From positions 4,886,580 to 4,936,265 of the forward strand of contig NC_068996.1 of the NCBI RefSeq assembly GCF_001194135.2: a stretch of DNA of 49,686 bases, in the 5' to 3' direction. How positions within the stretch are numbered: position 1 is the first letter of the stretch; each line of letters opens with the position of its first letter. This DNA comes from Octopus bimaculoides. Taxonomy: Eukaryota. Positions 1 to 12,160 of this stretch are shown piece after piece. The notes under the pieces are model-generated. The model was not told the DNA's origin and searched no databases. It saw only the letters and a list, made by a program, of their open reading frames with translations. Position numbers and translations under genes: made by a program.

Positions 1-555
1 AGGATGCATTGTCATCTTAAAGAATTCAATTCATCGCGCTTCATAGATCCGGTTGCTTTCACCAAATGTCTTCTCTCAAATGCTTCAAAACATCGTTGAT
101 TGTCCTCTGACGATCCTCATGCACAAGATGATCAATTTTCTCCACATTTCCAGGGATAACGCCCGTGGCTGGTCTTCCAGATTGCTTATCGTCTTCCAGG
201 GACGTCCTTCCGCTTCTAAAGTACCCGTGCCACCAAAAACATTGCGAATGACCCATTGTCCGTCACCTTAATCTTGCCGAAGCATGCTCAATGTCTCTGT
301 AGCAGACTTCCCAAGTTTAACGCAAAATTTCACGTTGCATCTTTCTTCCAACTTCCTGTCCGTGACAAAAATCGCAGACTACATCATACCTGTGATCACA
401 AAATCACAAATTTCACAACTTGTAAAGTAAACAGTGATGTCACTCGGTACACTGCCTCATGAAGGTCATTGCTAGCTCTCACTACGTACGCAACCGTGTG
501 CTGCTATGTCTTGGCGCGCAACAGAACTCACCCGAAAGTTTTTGATATATGACAT
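1..555 (-). mobile_element. Mariner (Tc1/mariner) remnant: putative left end plus internally deleted transposase pseudogene, cut by the window start
   Basis: The minus strand reads RKLEERCNVKFCVKLGKSATETLSMLRQD*G..MGHSQCFWWHGYFRSGRTSLEDDKQSGRPAT, a mariner N-terminal HTH region. It then jumps to LKHLREDIW*KQPDL...DDNA, the second catalytic Asp region. A TIR-like TATCAAAAACTTTCGGG lies at about 531-547. Confidence 0.85.
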
Positions 556-1767
556 ACATAATGTATGTATCTATGTTTATAGGTATCTATGTAAGCATGT
601 TCGTATAATCTGCCGCCCCCCTTTATAAGGTAGTGAGGTGCAAAAATTTCATGGAGATTTATCTATTTCAAGAAGGGTAAGCGACTACGCAAAGGTTCCT
701 TAAGGTTTTTCTTGTTGTTGTTGTCAACTGCAACAACAAAATAAGGTCAAGAATCGCATGAAGCTCACACGTTTAAGGGTACCAACAAATACAGTTCCGT
801 CCATCCTGACAAAAAGAAAGCGATAACAAAAGGGAAAACAAAATGAAAAATAAAGTATTAGTATTTCTCCCCACTCCCACCTAATTAACGCTTCGGTACA
901 CAATTAATTAGCTGGCGAAAAGATCAGTAAATCTTCTTCTGAGATAATTAACGTGCTAAACATCACTGGCTGAATGGATCTATTGTTACAAGGATACATA
1001 CACAATCACACACATATATGTAGGTATGTATGTATGTATATATATATGTATGTATAAACAGGCAAAGTAATAGAGCTAGTCATCAAATATTACAGAATGA
1101 TAATTTCAAGATCTATATAAGCATTGGTGGTCTTTTATTTAAATCATTTATCTGTAGCGGAAGTCATAGAACAATTGATAAACTCTACGAGAGTCAATGA
1201 TACCGACCAATTTCAATTCACAGATCACATCACACAATCAAACAATCACACTCCTCTATCTTATAAATGTCTGCTCTTCTATCTAATTAACAAATCATTG
1301 CTTGAAGACGAGAGATCTATCGAGTTGTATTATATAAATATATCTACAATTACATACTTATGTTCGTGAATGGTATTATTATCCATCTCAGATGTCTATG
1401 AGTTGTCAACAAGCAGGATAAACGACTCAGTTTCGATTCACAAACGAAACTAGTCACTTCAGTGATAATTTTGTTTGTTTTTTTTTCCTTGGTGGAAAGA
1501 GGAATGAAAACCCTACAGCCAGTCCCATTTGTCGACAATGAGAAACAAATTTATGGTCCAGTGTACTTGTGTAGGAAATTAATGTCATTAACCTTGTGTA
1601 ATTGATCAAATAAATGTTTGTGATTCTTTCGCGAATGACTGCACTTGCATATTAATCATGTATCTCACTGTGTGTGTGTGTGAATGTGTATGCGCGCGCG
1701 CAAGTGTCTGTCTGTCTATCTGTGTCTGTTGTGTGTGCTCATATATATGTGTGTATGTATATATATA

Positions 1768-1814
<47 letters not shown>

Positions 1815-1827
1815 ATGCTGTTGTTTC

Positions 1828-1867
<40 letters not shown>

Positions 1868-2190
1868 GCTGCTGCTGCCGCTGTTGTTGTTGTTGTTGTT
1901 AGACAGATAGACAGAATGACTGACTTCAAAGTTTCACTCAAGGCTAAATGACGAGTCGTTGTAGGCGAGACATTGCGCTTCTCTCTGATAAAATATTTAC
2001 AATCTCCATTCGTAAATTGTTCCATATTTTAAGATATTATACATACGTATATACAATTGTATATATTCGAACATGCAATTCACAACATCTCACAATACAA
2101 AGAAAAAAAAAAAAAGTAGAAGCTAGGCTGGTAGATATTAGTGGAGGACGTAATACAGACTATGATTAAAATAAAAATTGACAACATATA

Positions 2191-2580
2191 GGCGCGGGAG
2201 TGGCTGGTAAGTAGCTTGCTTACCAACCACATGGTTCCGGGTTCAGTCCCACTGCGTGGCTCCTTGGGCAAGTGTCTTCAACTATAGCCTCGGGCCGACC
2301 AGTCTTGTGAGTGGATTTGGTAGACGGAAACTGAAAGAAGCCCGTCGTATATATGTATATATATTTATATATGTGTGTGTGTTTGTGAGTCTGTGTTTGT
2401 CCCCCCACCATAGCTTGACAACCGATGCTGGTGTGTTTACGTCCCCGTAACTTAGCGGTTCGGCAATAAGAGACCGATAGAGTAAGTACTAGGCTTACAA
2501 AGAATAAGTCCTGGGGTCGATTTTCTCGACTAAAGGCGATGCTCTAGCATGGCCCCAGTCATATGACTGAAACAAGTAAA
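2191..2580 (+). mobile_element. tRNA-derived CORE-type SINE (family A, octopus OR2-like), near full length
   Basis: tRNA-like head with B box GGTTCAGTCCC, a CORE-like CCTTGGGCAAGTGTCTT, an internal (TA)/(TG) tract and the 3' end GACTGAAACAAGTAAA. The same sequence recurs about 9 times in the window. Confidence 0.85.
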
Positions 2581-2976
2581 TGAGTAACATACATTAAAAA
2601 CACATGACTGATGGGGCCTAACGGTAACGATCAAAATGCAGATTCCATTAGCAATATATATACAAGTCATATTGTGTCTTATTACCGAATAAAGAGGTCG
2701 CAATACATGCTAAGGTTATTAATCCTGAAGATGAGCGTATGAAAGTCTAGACATGCTGATGATAGACAGAGGAATTTTACGTTTCGAAATAAACTTAAAG
2801 GAACTCGTGTAAGGATATGAAAAGAAAATGTGTCTTGATAAAAAAAAAGATAAAATTGAAACACAGTCGTATATTCAACAACGTAGCATTTGTGTGTAAG
2901 TAGGTATGTGAACGGGCGTGAATGCGTGTATGTGGGTGCATGTGTGCGTGTGTATGTGTATGCGTGTGTGTGTGTA

Positions 2977-3020
<44 letters not shown>

Positions 3021-3160
3021 TGGTTGTGCATACATGCATACATCCGTAAAAACATTTATACACAAATACGAAGACACACAACATTGCGAATGTGTTATAC
3101 ATATACAAAACATACACAAATACACTTGTACATATGAATATGTGCGTATGTGTATGTATG

Positions 3161-3199
<39 letters not shown>

Positions 3200-3323
3200 C
3201 AAATATATACAATTATGTATGTATATAATATATATATATACACATACATACACACACACACAGATATTTATATATAGCAAAGTTTAGATAGATAGATGAT
3301 AGAATAACATGTAGGCATACATG

Positions 3324-3373
<50 letters not shown>

Positions 3374-3708
3374 TGTATATGTCAGTATGTACATATGTAT
3401 GAATGTATGTATGTACTTTTATACATGTATAGATAAATATACATATATACACACAAATATACTGATACATGCCTACTACAACATATATATATATACATGT
3501 GTGTGTGTGTGTGGTGTGTTTGTGTGTGAATATCCATATACATATAGACATATACGTACATAGATACATACGCACATCACTCACGCATGTGAATATTCAT
3601 AGACTTTTGTATGTGTGTATGTATGTCTTCGTCTCGTTACAAATGTGCATATGTATATATGCACATATATGCATTGATATATGTGTATTTATGTATCCAT
3701 ATAATGCT

Positions 3709-3743
<35 letters not shown>

Positions 3744-4550
3744 GTGTGTGTGTGTGTGTAAGCGTAGCGTTTTTCTAACAGACATGACATGACAGTAATT
3801 AAGCGGTTCCCCATTAAAATATCAACGGCTCTATTAATTATATTCATATAATAACCTTGTGTAAAATTCTTTGATCATGTTCTGTCTTCTGTGACAGTGT
3901 GTGTGTGTGTGTGTGTAGTCTCCCATTCTATACACGGCACTGGATGGTGTTTCATAACCACCTCTTCCTCTCCTCATTCGAAACAACTTTCATTCATTCC
4001 TAACCCTTCTCCCCGCACCGGCTCTCCATCCCACTCTCTCCACCCATCCTCGTACACACACTCCCAGCCATCACGTATTTTTCTCTCCAAGTATTACTAT
4101 TATTATTATTGTTGCTGTTGTTGTTGTTGTTCCATATTCGACGAAATGTTCACTTCCTGTGGCGAGAGATTTTTAATAACCAATACTTCGATCATCGAGA
4201 ACCTTTCATACTTACAATGGTTGGCTGAATGATAAGCTTCGAAAAATAAGTTACATATCTCCAACCAACACCACCACCAACACCACCGCCACCGCTATAA
4301 CCGCCACAACCACCATCGTCACCGACACCACCACCACCACCACCACCACCAACACCACTCACCATTGCAACTCCGAATTCCAATAAAATATGTTACTATT
4401 ATTATCATCATCATTGTTGCTAGCACTGTCGCTTTACCGAAGACTGGGGTCTTTGCATTCACTGATATCATATTGTATGAACGCCTCCCATACTCCCCCC
4501 CGTCCCCAGTCCACTCCGTTATGCAGGATCTTTTATTTAACTTGTGAAAT

Positions 4551-4554
4551 ATCA

Positions 4555-4611
<57 letters not shown>

Positions 4612-4799
4612 TTCCTCTTTCTCCCCATCCTCCTCATCATCATCATCATAATCGGCATCATCATCACCACCACCATCACCATCATCATCATCATCATCAT
4701 CATTTTCTGCTTTCTCCTCATCCTCTTCCTCATCACCATCATCATCATAATCGGCATCATCACCACCACCATCATCATCACCATCATCACCATCATCAC

Positions 4800-4830
<31 letters not shown>

Positions 4831-4872
4831 GTCATCATCATTATCATCGTCGTCGTCGTCATCGTCATCCTC
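4551..4872. repeat. Degenerate (ATC)n trinucleotide tract
   Basis: Direct reading: ATC units interrupted by ACC, CTC and GTC. Confidence 0.95.
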
Positions 4873-5071
4873 GTTGTTTATTATTACTAATACTGACACA
4901 GTACTGAAAACTGTGTCCTTGGATTCACATATAAAATTTCCTCTTCTAGTTCTTCATTTAACAGCAGTTTAGCATTACTCACAAATGCATTAATAATACT
5001 GGCGACGAGGTACAACAGATACAACGCCGGAAAAAGAAAAAAAAGTACTTTTGCAGTATTCATTACTAGAA

Positions 5072-5185
5072 TTTACATGTTCAGTTCACAATCTACAGAG
5101 GTCAAACTTGCCTGTCATCCTTCTCGAAGTCGCTATAATGAATACCAGTCACGAACTGGAGTCAATCAAGTCGACTAACCTCCTC
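5072..5185 (+). mobile_element. Degenerate fragment of SINE family B
   Basis: GAGGTCAAACTTGCCTGTCATCCTTCTCGAAGTCG...TACCAG aligns by eye to the family B core GAGGTCGACTTTGCCTTTCATCCTTTCGGGGTCGATAAA..GTACCAG. Confidence 0.45.
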
Positions 5186-5224
5186 CCTAAATTTCTTACA
5201 CCAATATTAGAAACAGTTGCTAGC

Positions 5225-5282
<58 letters not shown>

Positions 5283-5283
<1 letters not shown>

Positions 5284-5824
5284 GAGTGAAAGAGTTGTGC
5301 ATGCCACCAAAGTGACATTTGGGTAAAATATACGAAGCCCATTATACCCATCATGACTACCCGTCTGATAAGGGTACACCAGGCACATGCATCACAACCA
5401 TGTGTGCACAACATGGTGATCTCATATCAAGATAAACAGCGCATGATGTTGCAGGTGGGGCCCAGTTAGAATTTTCTTCAGGTCGAGTAGCCCATCCCGC
5501 TCAAAAGGTCCCTGAATAAGGGTTGTTTAAGAATGATGTGCAAAACACCCATGTTTCCAAAGATGAATTATCCAAACCCCAAAGGATTCCTCTCAACACA
5601 TGGCTATCATGCTCCCCAACTATTTCTGCTCACGATCAGAGATGCACATATCGTCAGCCACCAAGGGACATGCTCAACTGGTTAAGATCAAACAATTGAC
5701 AAGCAGATCTGTGGTATTAAGCAGAATATTTGCTGTAGTCCATCTTTTATACCAAGACAAAACAATGTACATGATTACACTTCCAATCAATTAAGATCAG
5801 AAGCCATGAGAGCCACTGCCTAGC
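5283..5824 (-). mobile_element. Unclassified ~540-bp interspersed element, copy 1, ending in (AAT)n on the minus strand
   Basis: About 93% identical by manual count to 9908-10452 with the same ends; flanked by microsatellites. Strand is inferred from the tail. Confidence 0.8.
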
Positions 5825-5835
5825 ACTACTACTAG

Positions 5836-5920
<85 letters not shown>

Positions 5921-5959
5921 ACTACTATTACTACTACCACTGCAACTGTTATTATTATT

Positions 5960-5990
<31 letters not shown>

Positions 5991-5991
5991 C
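5825..5991. repeat. Compound (ACT)n(GCT)n(ATT)n(ATC)n microsatellite
   Basis: Direct reading. Confidence 0.95.
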
Positions 5992-7200
5992 CATTCAGTA
6001 GCCTTATTTTTATAACGTGCTTTCACTTCACTACAGAGCGCAGCTCTATGCGCCTTGGGTATGTGCTGTGGTTTGCTGTGATGTTCTTATGGTTACTGTA
6101 TTGAAAGTGTTTTGTGTAGGATGTGTGCAGTGCCCAGTAGTGCAATTTTCTGTATGTTATATACATTTGTAAGTCCTGGTGTTTTTGTTACGTATTTGTC
6201 TGAATAACTTTTTATTATATATAAGGCACCTACTATGATGGGAATTGTTTCTGTTTTTAGATTCCACATTCGAATTACCTCTATTTCCAGGTCTTTGTAT
6301 TTTGAAAGTTTCTCCATTTCTTTTAGGGAAACGTTGTCATNNNNNNNNNNATCTTTGACAACTATATCTGGTTTATTTGCCTTAATTTCTCTATCGGTGT
6401 GTATTGGCATATCCCAGAGTATGGTTGCTTTCTCGTTTTCTGTGACCTTTTCTGGCGTGTGCTTATACCATCTTTTTTCTGTTGTTATTCCATAGTGTTG
6501 GCATAGCTTCCAGTGTATATAGGTCCCAGCTCTGTCGCGTCTGTGAATATATTTCTTCTTAGCCAGGACTGGGCAGCCAGAGATAATATGATTTATTGTT
6601 TCTTGTCCATCTCCACATATTCTACAGTTACTTATGTTTCTTTTCATTATATGTTTTTGGTAATTTCTGGTAGGGAGGCTTTGTGCTGCAATTAAAAATT
6701 GCAATTGTGCTGCAATTAAAAATCCTTCAGTCTCTGCTTTGAGTCCTGAGCTTCTCAACCATTGCTGGGATTTTACTTTGTCTATTTCTTTTGCGTTTAG
6801 TTTAGCCCAGTATTTGCCATGAAGGGGCTTTTCTTGCCATCGTTTTATCATGACCCGTTGCTGTTCTAGTTTTAGTCTGGATTTCCTTTGTTTTACAGCT
6901 TTTGTTGTTTCTTCTTTCTCTTCATAGTTGTTAGGTGCTGACTTCTCTTTTGTATTTATTACCTTCCTGAAACACTGAAAATAGTTTTTTTTTTGTTTTG
7001 TAGCTATTTATTTAGTTTTCCTTGCTTCTGATGTAAGTATTTCTCTAGCTGTATAAGGTTTCTGTCACCTTCCATACGTTGTATATATAACCTTTCTATG
7101 TCATATTTTAGGTGGTGCATCCTAAATCCTGTCATTATTATTCTTTTTTTTTTTGTTTTCCTGTCTATTTTGATTAGTTTATTTAGAGTTCAGTTAAGAA
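5992..7200 (-). mobile_element. 5'-truncated R4/Dong-like non-LTR retrotransposon with restriction-like endonuclease, copy 1
   Basis: ORF 6093-6851 has WQEKPLHGKY, LKAETEGFLIAAQ, the CCHC knuckle CRICGDGQETINHIISGC, the RLE motif KPDIVVKD and the end TAHILHKTLSIQ*. An upstream piece reads like HHxKxDIERLYIQRMEG. A ~100-bp 3' UTR runs into (GAT/AAT)n. Confidence 0.9.
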
Positions 7201-7216
7201 TATTGTGGCTGTAACA

Positions 7217-7234
7217 TTATTATTATTATTATTA

Positions 7235-7302
<68 letters not shown>

Positions 7303-7345
7303 GCTATCATTATTATTATTGTTGTTGTTGTTGTTTTTGCTGTTA
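7217..7345. repeat. (ATT)n/(GTT)n microsatellite
   Basis: Direct reading. Confidence 0.95.
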
Positions 7346-7370
7346 TTAATATTATATGAAAACTTCATGT

Positions 7371-7582
7371 AAGCAGCGAGATTGCGAATCGTTACCGTAC
7401 CAGAAAAAATGCCTATTGGCATTCCTTCTGACTATGGTCTGAGTTCAAATGCTGCCGGCGTTGAATTTGACTTTCAACCTTTCGGGGTCGATAAAAAAAA
7501 AGGTACCAGTTGAGCACTGGAATCGATGTAATCGATTTGCTTCCACTCCATAAATTGCTACCCTTGTGCTAAAATTTAAAAC
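7371..7582 (+). mobile_element. tRNA-derived SINE family B (central domain resembles the Meta-type SINE domain, from memory)
   Basis: Head AAGCAGCGAGATTGCGAATCG, B box GAGTTCAAATGC, core TTTCAACCTTTCGGGGTCGATAAA..GTACCAG and an (ATT) tail. At least 10 copies in the window. Confidence 0.8.
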
Positions 7583-7869
7583 TATTATTATTGTCTCACA
7601 TATTATTGTCTCAGACATAGTTCTACCACATGTCTGGCAAAAAAAAATGATGTTAAATATCCTGTAGTTAACTCTGATGTTACCAAAACAACAGCACTTT
7701 ATAATTTGACAATGTAAAAGACATTACAAATAAGAGGTGTAAACCGCCGTGCCAATCAAGGCTGAAAATAATTCCAATTTACGGTAATTATGTAACCCGA
7801 AACCTTACATTGTATAATCATTTTTGCCGATGTTGTTTAGCCCCCAGATCCTCTCTGATTAAAGGGAGC

Positions 7870-8082
7870 TATCATCATCATCATTGTCATCATCGTCGTT
7901 GTCGTTATCGTCATCATGATCATGATCATCGTCATCATCATCATTATCCTCCTCCTCCTAAATCATCATCATCATATTCATTACTATCATCATCATCACC
8001 ATCTTCATCATCATGATCATCATCATCATCACCACCATCATCATCGTTATCATCGTTATCATCGTTATCATCGTTATCATCG

Positions 8083-8114
<32 letters not shown>

Positions 8115-8560
8115 GTTGTCGTTATCGTCATCATGTCCATCATCATTGTCATCATCATCATCATTATCGTCATCACCGTCATCACTATCACCGTCATCAC
8201 CATCACCGTTATCAGCGTCATCATCGTTGTCGACATCGTCATCATCCTCCTCCTCATCATCCTCCTCCTCATCATCATCGTCATCATCATCATCGTCATC
8301 ATCATCATCATCATCGTCGTCGTCGTCGTTGTCATCATCAGCAGCATTATCTTCGTCATCATCACAACTATCACCGTTATCAGCGCCATCATCATCCTTG
8401 TAATTATGGTCCCGTTGTTATCTTCGTAGTCATCGGCTTCGTCATTATTACATTATTATTATTAGTAGTAGTAGTAGTAGTACTAGTAGTAGTAGTACTA
8501 GTAGTAGTTGTTGTTGTTGTTGTTGTTGGTGGTGGTGTTGCCGTTGTTGTTGTTGTTGTT
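7870..8560. repeat. Long degenerate (CAT/CGT)n tract followed by (TAG)n/(TTG)n
   Basis: Direct reading. Confidence 0.95.
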
Positions 8561-8871
8561 CAAGCCATATAAGCACTAACCCAGCAAACTGTGATCAATG
8601 CTGCTCCACAATAGACCATCCCCTCTTCTTTTTCTGAGTAGTGTGCCCATATGTATAACAAGTGTGTTCTGTTCTTTCCTTCTTTCCTTTTCTTTTCTTA
8701 CTTTCTTTCTTTTGTTTGTTTCTTTCATTTATTTATTAGTTCTAAATGGTGGGATGTGATTTCAGAGAAATTTAGTAACCATTTTTATCAAACACACCCT
8801 TGCTGGATTGCATTTCTTTAATGTTACACGCACACTCATATACACTCATATATTGTTATATATTCATATAC

Positions 8872-8921
<50 letters not shown>

Positions 8922-9579
8922 GAACCGAGAGAGATGTGTGTGTGTGTGTGTGTGTGCGTCAATGTATTTATAAATATATTTGTCAATACTCATGTGTGTG
9001 GTATGGGCAAAAATGTGGGTCTGCTAGCACAAGTGTCTTTTCTCCCTTACATTCATTTTGTCGTTTAGCACTTGTTTCAGCACATATCACAGACTCGGAT
9101 TTCTTCTTGTTTAGACAGACAGCTTCAATTTCCACCAAATTCAATTTGATTTGTTTAAAATATCAGTTATTCTTCGACGTTCTTCTGTCATAATCTTGTT
9201 AGTTGTTTCTAAAAGTCATTTCAATGTTGTATAGTTTTCACAACTTTTCGTGCCAAAATATAAAAGGAACGATTTGGAAAAACATAAACAGCACTTATCA
9301 ACCGAAACAACTTTCCTCGTCTCTCTCTTTATACTTAGATTTCTTTATATTTATTTTTGCTTGGTGAATGTTTGTTGTGTTCGCTTTCGTTTCTCCAATG
9401 CAAATGGTTCTCTCTTTTTCCTTTCTGCATCCACCTCTTGTGGTTTTGTTGTTGTTGTTGTTGTTGTTGTTCTTCTTCTTCTTCTTCTTCTTCTTCTTCT
9501 TCTTCTTCTTCTTCTTCTTCTTCTTCTTCTTCTTCTTCTTCTTCTTCTTCTTCTTCTCATTACTATTAATATTATTATG

Positions 9580-9656
<77 letters not shown>

Positions 9657-9657
<1 letters not shown>

Positions 9658-9808
9658 GAACTGGTGAATAGTTACCACGCTGAACAAAATGCTTAGCAGC
9701 ATTTCGTCTTTTTGGAATCGTTACCTTAAATACCAGTGAAACACTGATATCGCCGTAATCGACTTAAGCCCTGCCCCAAAACTTTCAAGCCTTGCGCCTA
9801 TAGTAGAA
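9657..9808 (+). mobile_element. Degenerate, internally deleted SINE family B
   Basis: AAAATGCTTAGCAGCATTTCGTC...TACCAGT..CGATAT..GTAATCGACTT matches family B; (ATT)n lies on both sides. Confidence 0.55.
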
Positions 9809-9882
<74 letters not shown>

Positions 9883-9907
9883 CATCATCATCATCATTAT
9901 TATTATC

Positions 9908-10452
9908 GAGTGAGAGAGCAGTGAATGTCATCAAAGTGACACTGAGGTAAAATATACGAAGCCCATTATACCCATCATGACTACCCGTCTGATAAGGGTA
10001 CACCAGTCACATGCATCACAACCATATGTGCCCGACATGGTGATCTCATATCAAGATAAACAGCGCATGACCTCGCATGTGGGGCCCAGTTAGAATATTC
10101 TTCAGGTCGAGTAGCCCATCCCGCTCAAAAGGTCCCTGAATAAGGTTTTTTTAAGGATGTTGAGCAAAACACCCATGTTTCCAAAGGTGAATTATTCAAA
10201 CCCCAAAGAATTCCTCTCAGCATATGGCTATGATGCTCCCCCAGTACTTCTGCTCATGATCAGAGATGCACATATCATCAGCCACCAAGTGACATGCTCA
10301 ACTGGTTAAGATCAAACAATTGACAAGCAGATCTGTGGTATTAAGCAGAATATTTGCTGTAGTCCATCTTTTATACCAAGACAAAACAATGTACATGATA
10401 ACACTTCCAATCAATTAAGATCAGAAGCCATGAGTGGCACTGCCTGCCTGGT
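9908..10452 (-). mobile_element. Unclassified ~540-bp interspersed element, copy 2
   Basis: Paralog of 5283-5824 in the same orientation, between (ATT)n and (ATC/ATT)n. Confidence 0.8.
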
Positions 10453-10484
<32 letters not shown>

Positions 10485-11054
10485 TATTATTATTATTATT
10501 ATTGCTACTATTGTTCATGATGTTACTGTTGTTATCATTATTATTTTTGTTGCAATTGTTGCTGCCGTTGGTTATTGTTCCTGTGGCTGTTCTTCCTCCT
10601 ACTGCTCCTCTTCCTTCTTTTTATTCTTTTCATCATCATCATCAACAACCACAACAGCAATAACAACAGCAACAACAACAACAATAGCAACAGCAATAGC
10701 TGTATCAATATCAGAGACCAAAACTAGGCCCGTGACCCATGATCCGTAAAGGACTTGTCGATACATTGAGAAGCGCAAAAGTGCTCCCTACTTTCTACAT
10801 TCCCCGTCACGAAATAAAGAACAACACAATCATCAACAACCACATACTCATGTATCAAGCAACCTTTTCACTTACACTCCTATTCTCCTTTGACCTTTTC
10901 TATTTCAACTTAAAGGAAACTCGGTCATGGCACCCTCGTAATCTGAAACACTGAAATGGAAGAAAAATAGGAATGATCAAACTTCTATTGTTTTCCACAG
11001 AAGGAAAATGACAACAAAAGTTGATGAAGGGTAGCAGAATCCCTTCCGCCCTCA

Positions 11055-11216
11055 CAGGGCTGTCTTAGCAGAGTTAGGCCCTGGCACAAATCCCTGGGCC
11101 CTATAGTATTTTTGTATTTACAGAAACTTACAGCTTTCATAGGTCAAAATTGGGCCCTTAACATCGTGGTGCTCTAGGGCAACTGCCCAGTGTACCCACG
11201 CCTCAAAACGTCACTG
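11055..11216. mobile_element. 162-bp hAT-type MITE
   Basis: Left end CAGGGCTGTCTTA and degenerate right end CAAAACGTCACTG. The 8-bp TSD is CGCCCTCA (11047-11054) / TGCCCTCA (11217-11224). Confidence 0.75.
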
Positions 11217-11889
11217 TGCCCTCACCTTCCTCTGCAATTGAAACCTTAAATAGCTGATGAAGGTTTAACCAAAAGAGAAGGATTTTTGTTTAGTCTTTTC
11301 AGGTATGTTCATAACACGTCTTTCGTTATATTCATCAGGCCAGAAAACTGCCTAAGATTCTAAAAGACCAAAAATGTTCTAGCCGAGAATCAAGACTGCA
11401 AGAGAATAATCTCGAATTTGGGGGATATCATGAAGTGATTATCAGAACGTTGCTAATTGTGTTCCTTTCATGTGAATTCTACAAACAAAATCTAGGTGTA
11501 AGGTAGCAGTAATAAACAGTTGCATCAAACATGTCATGAATTACATGTAGATAATTCTACAGATACAAAAATAAAACAAAATATAAAAATTAAGCCCCTT
11601 GCTACTAAAATAGAAATATTCTAAAGGAATACTCTCTTTTTCTCTCTCTTTCACTCTTTATTCTTATTCCTGTTCTGTCTGGTGATGACACGTTTATTGA
11701 AATCATGTTACACCATACGGGACTCGGATAGAAATTATATGCAACAACAACAACAACTTTGTGCATTTGTAATGCCTTTATTGGTATTGCTGAAATTACA
11801 AGCATCTAGAAACTTAATGATATGCATGGTGTTCGTTTTTATCTGGATACGTTGAAAGGTTTATAAGCTGACTATGCAGGAGTGATGCT

Positions 11890-12160
11890 ACACCTGTGAA
11901 ATCTTATATACATTAATTTCAACACCTTTTATTAATAACTGCATTGTTTCTTTCCAGGTAAATTGACGTCTGTCTGTTCAAAGATGACTTCAAAAGTAAC
12001 TAGCAGCAACTGTACTTGAGACTGGACAAAATTTGGCATCGTGGTGTTATCGAGTACTTGCAGAAAAATGCTTTAGTCCCCAAAGACATTCATGTTTACA
12101 TTGTTGCTACATTCATGGATGGCGCCCCAGTTTTATTAACAGAGCGACTTTGAAGTGGAG
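11890..12160 (+). mobile_element. Mariner fragment, 5' region and transposase N-terminus
   Basis: From 12022 it reads LDKIWHRGVIEYLQKNALVPKDIHVYIVATFMDGAP, a mariner N-terminal HTH pattern. The left boundary is approximate. Confidence 0.7.

Noticed and set aside
880-945. Hammerhead-like string on the minus strand (CAGAAGAAG...CGAAGCGTT) with a CTAATTAA/TTAATTAG hairpin
   Set aside because: Both core boxes are mutated and stems I and II do not pair in hammerhead topology.
1350-1480. Possible minus-strand exon ending MDNNTIHEH|gtatgt
   Set aside because: It is an isolated splice-like match with no recognisable protein or partner exon.
4430-4530. Minus-frame peptide QYDISECKDPS resembling a calcium-binding EGF start
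   Set aside because: A stop follows immediately, the remaining cysteines are absent and there are no convincing splice sites.
5600-5665. CTGACGA...GAAA on the minus strand of the 540-bp element
   Set aside because: Stem II and the cleavage triplet do not fit, and copy 2 has GAAG instead of GAAA.
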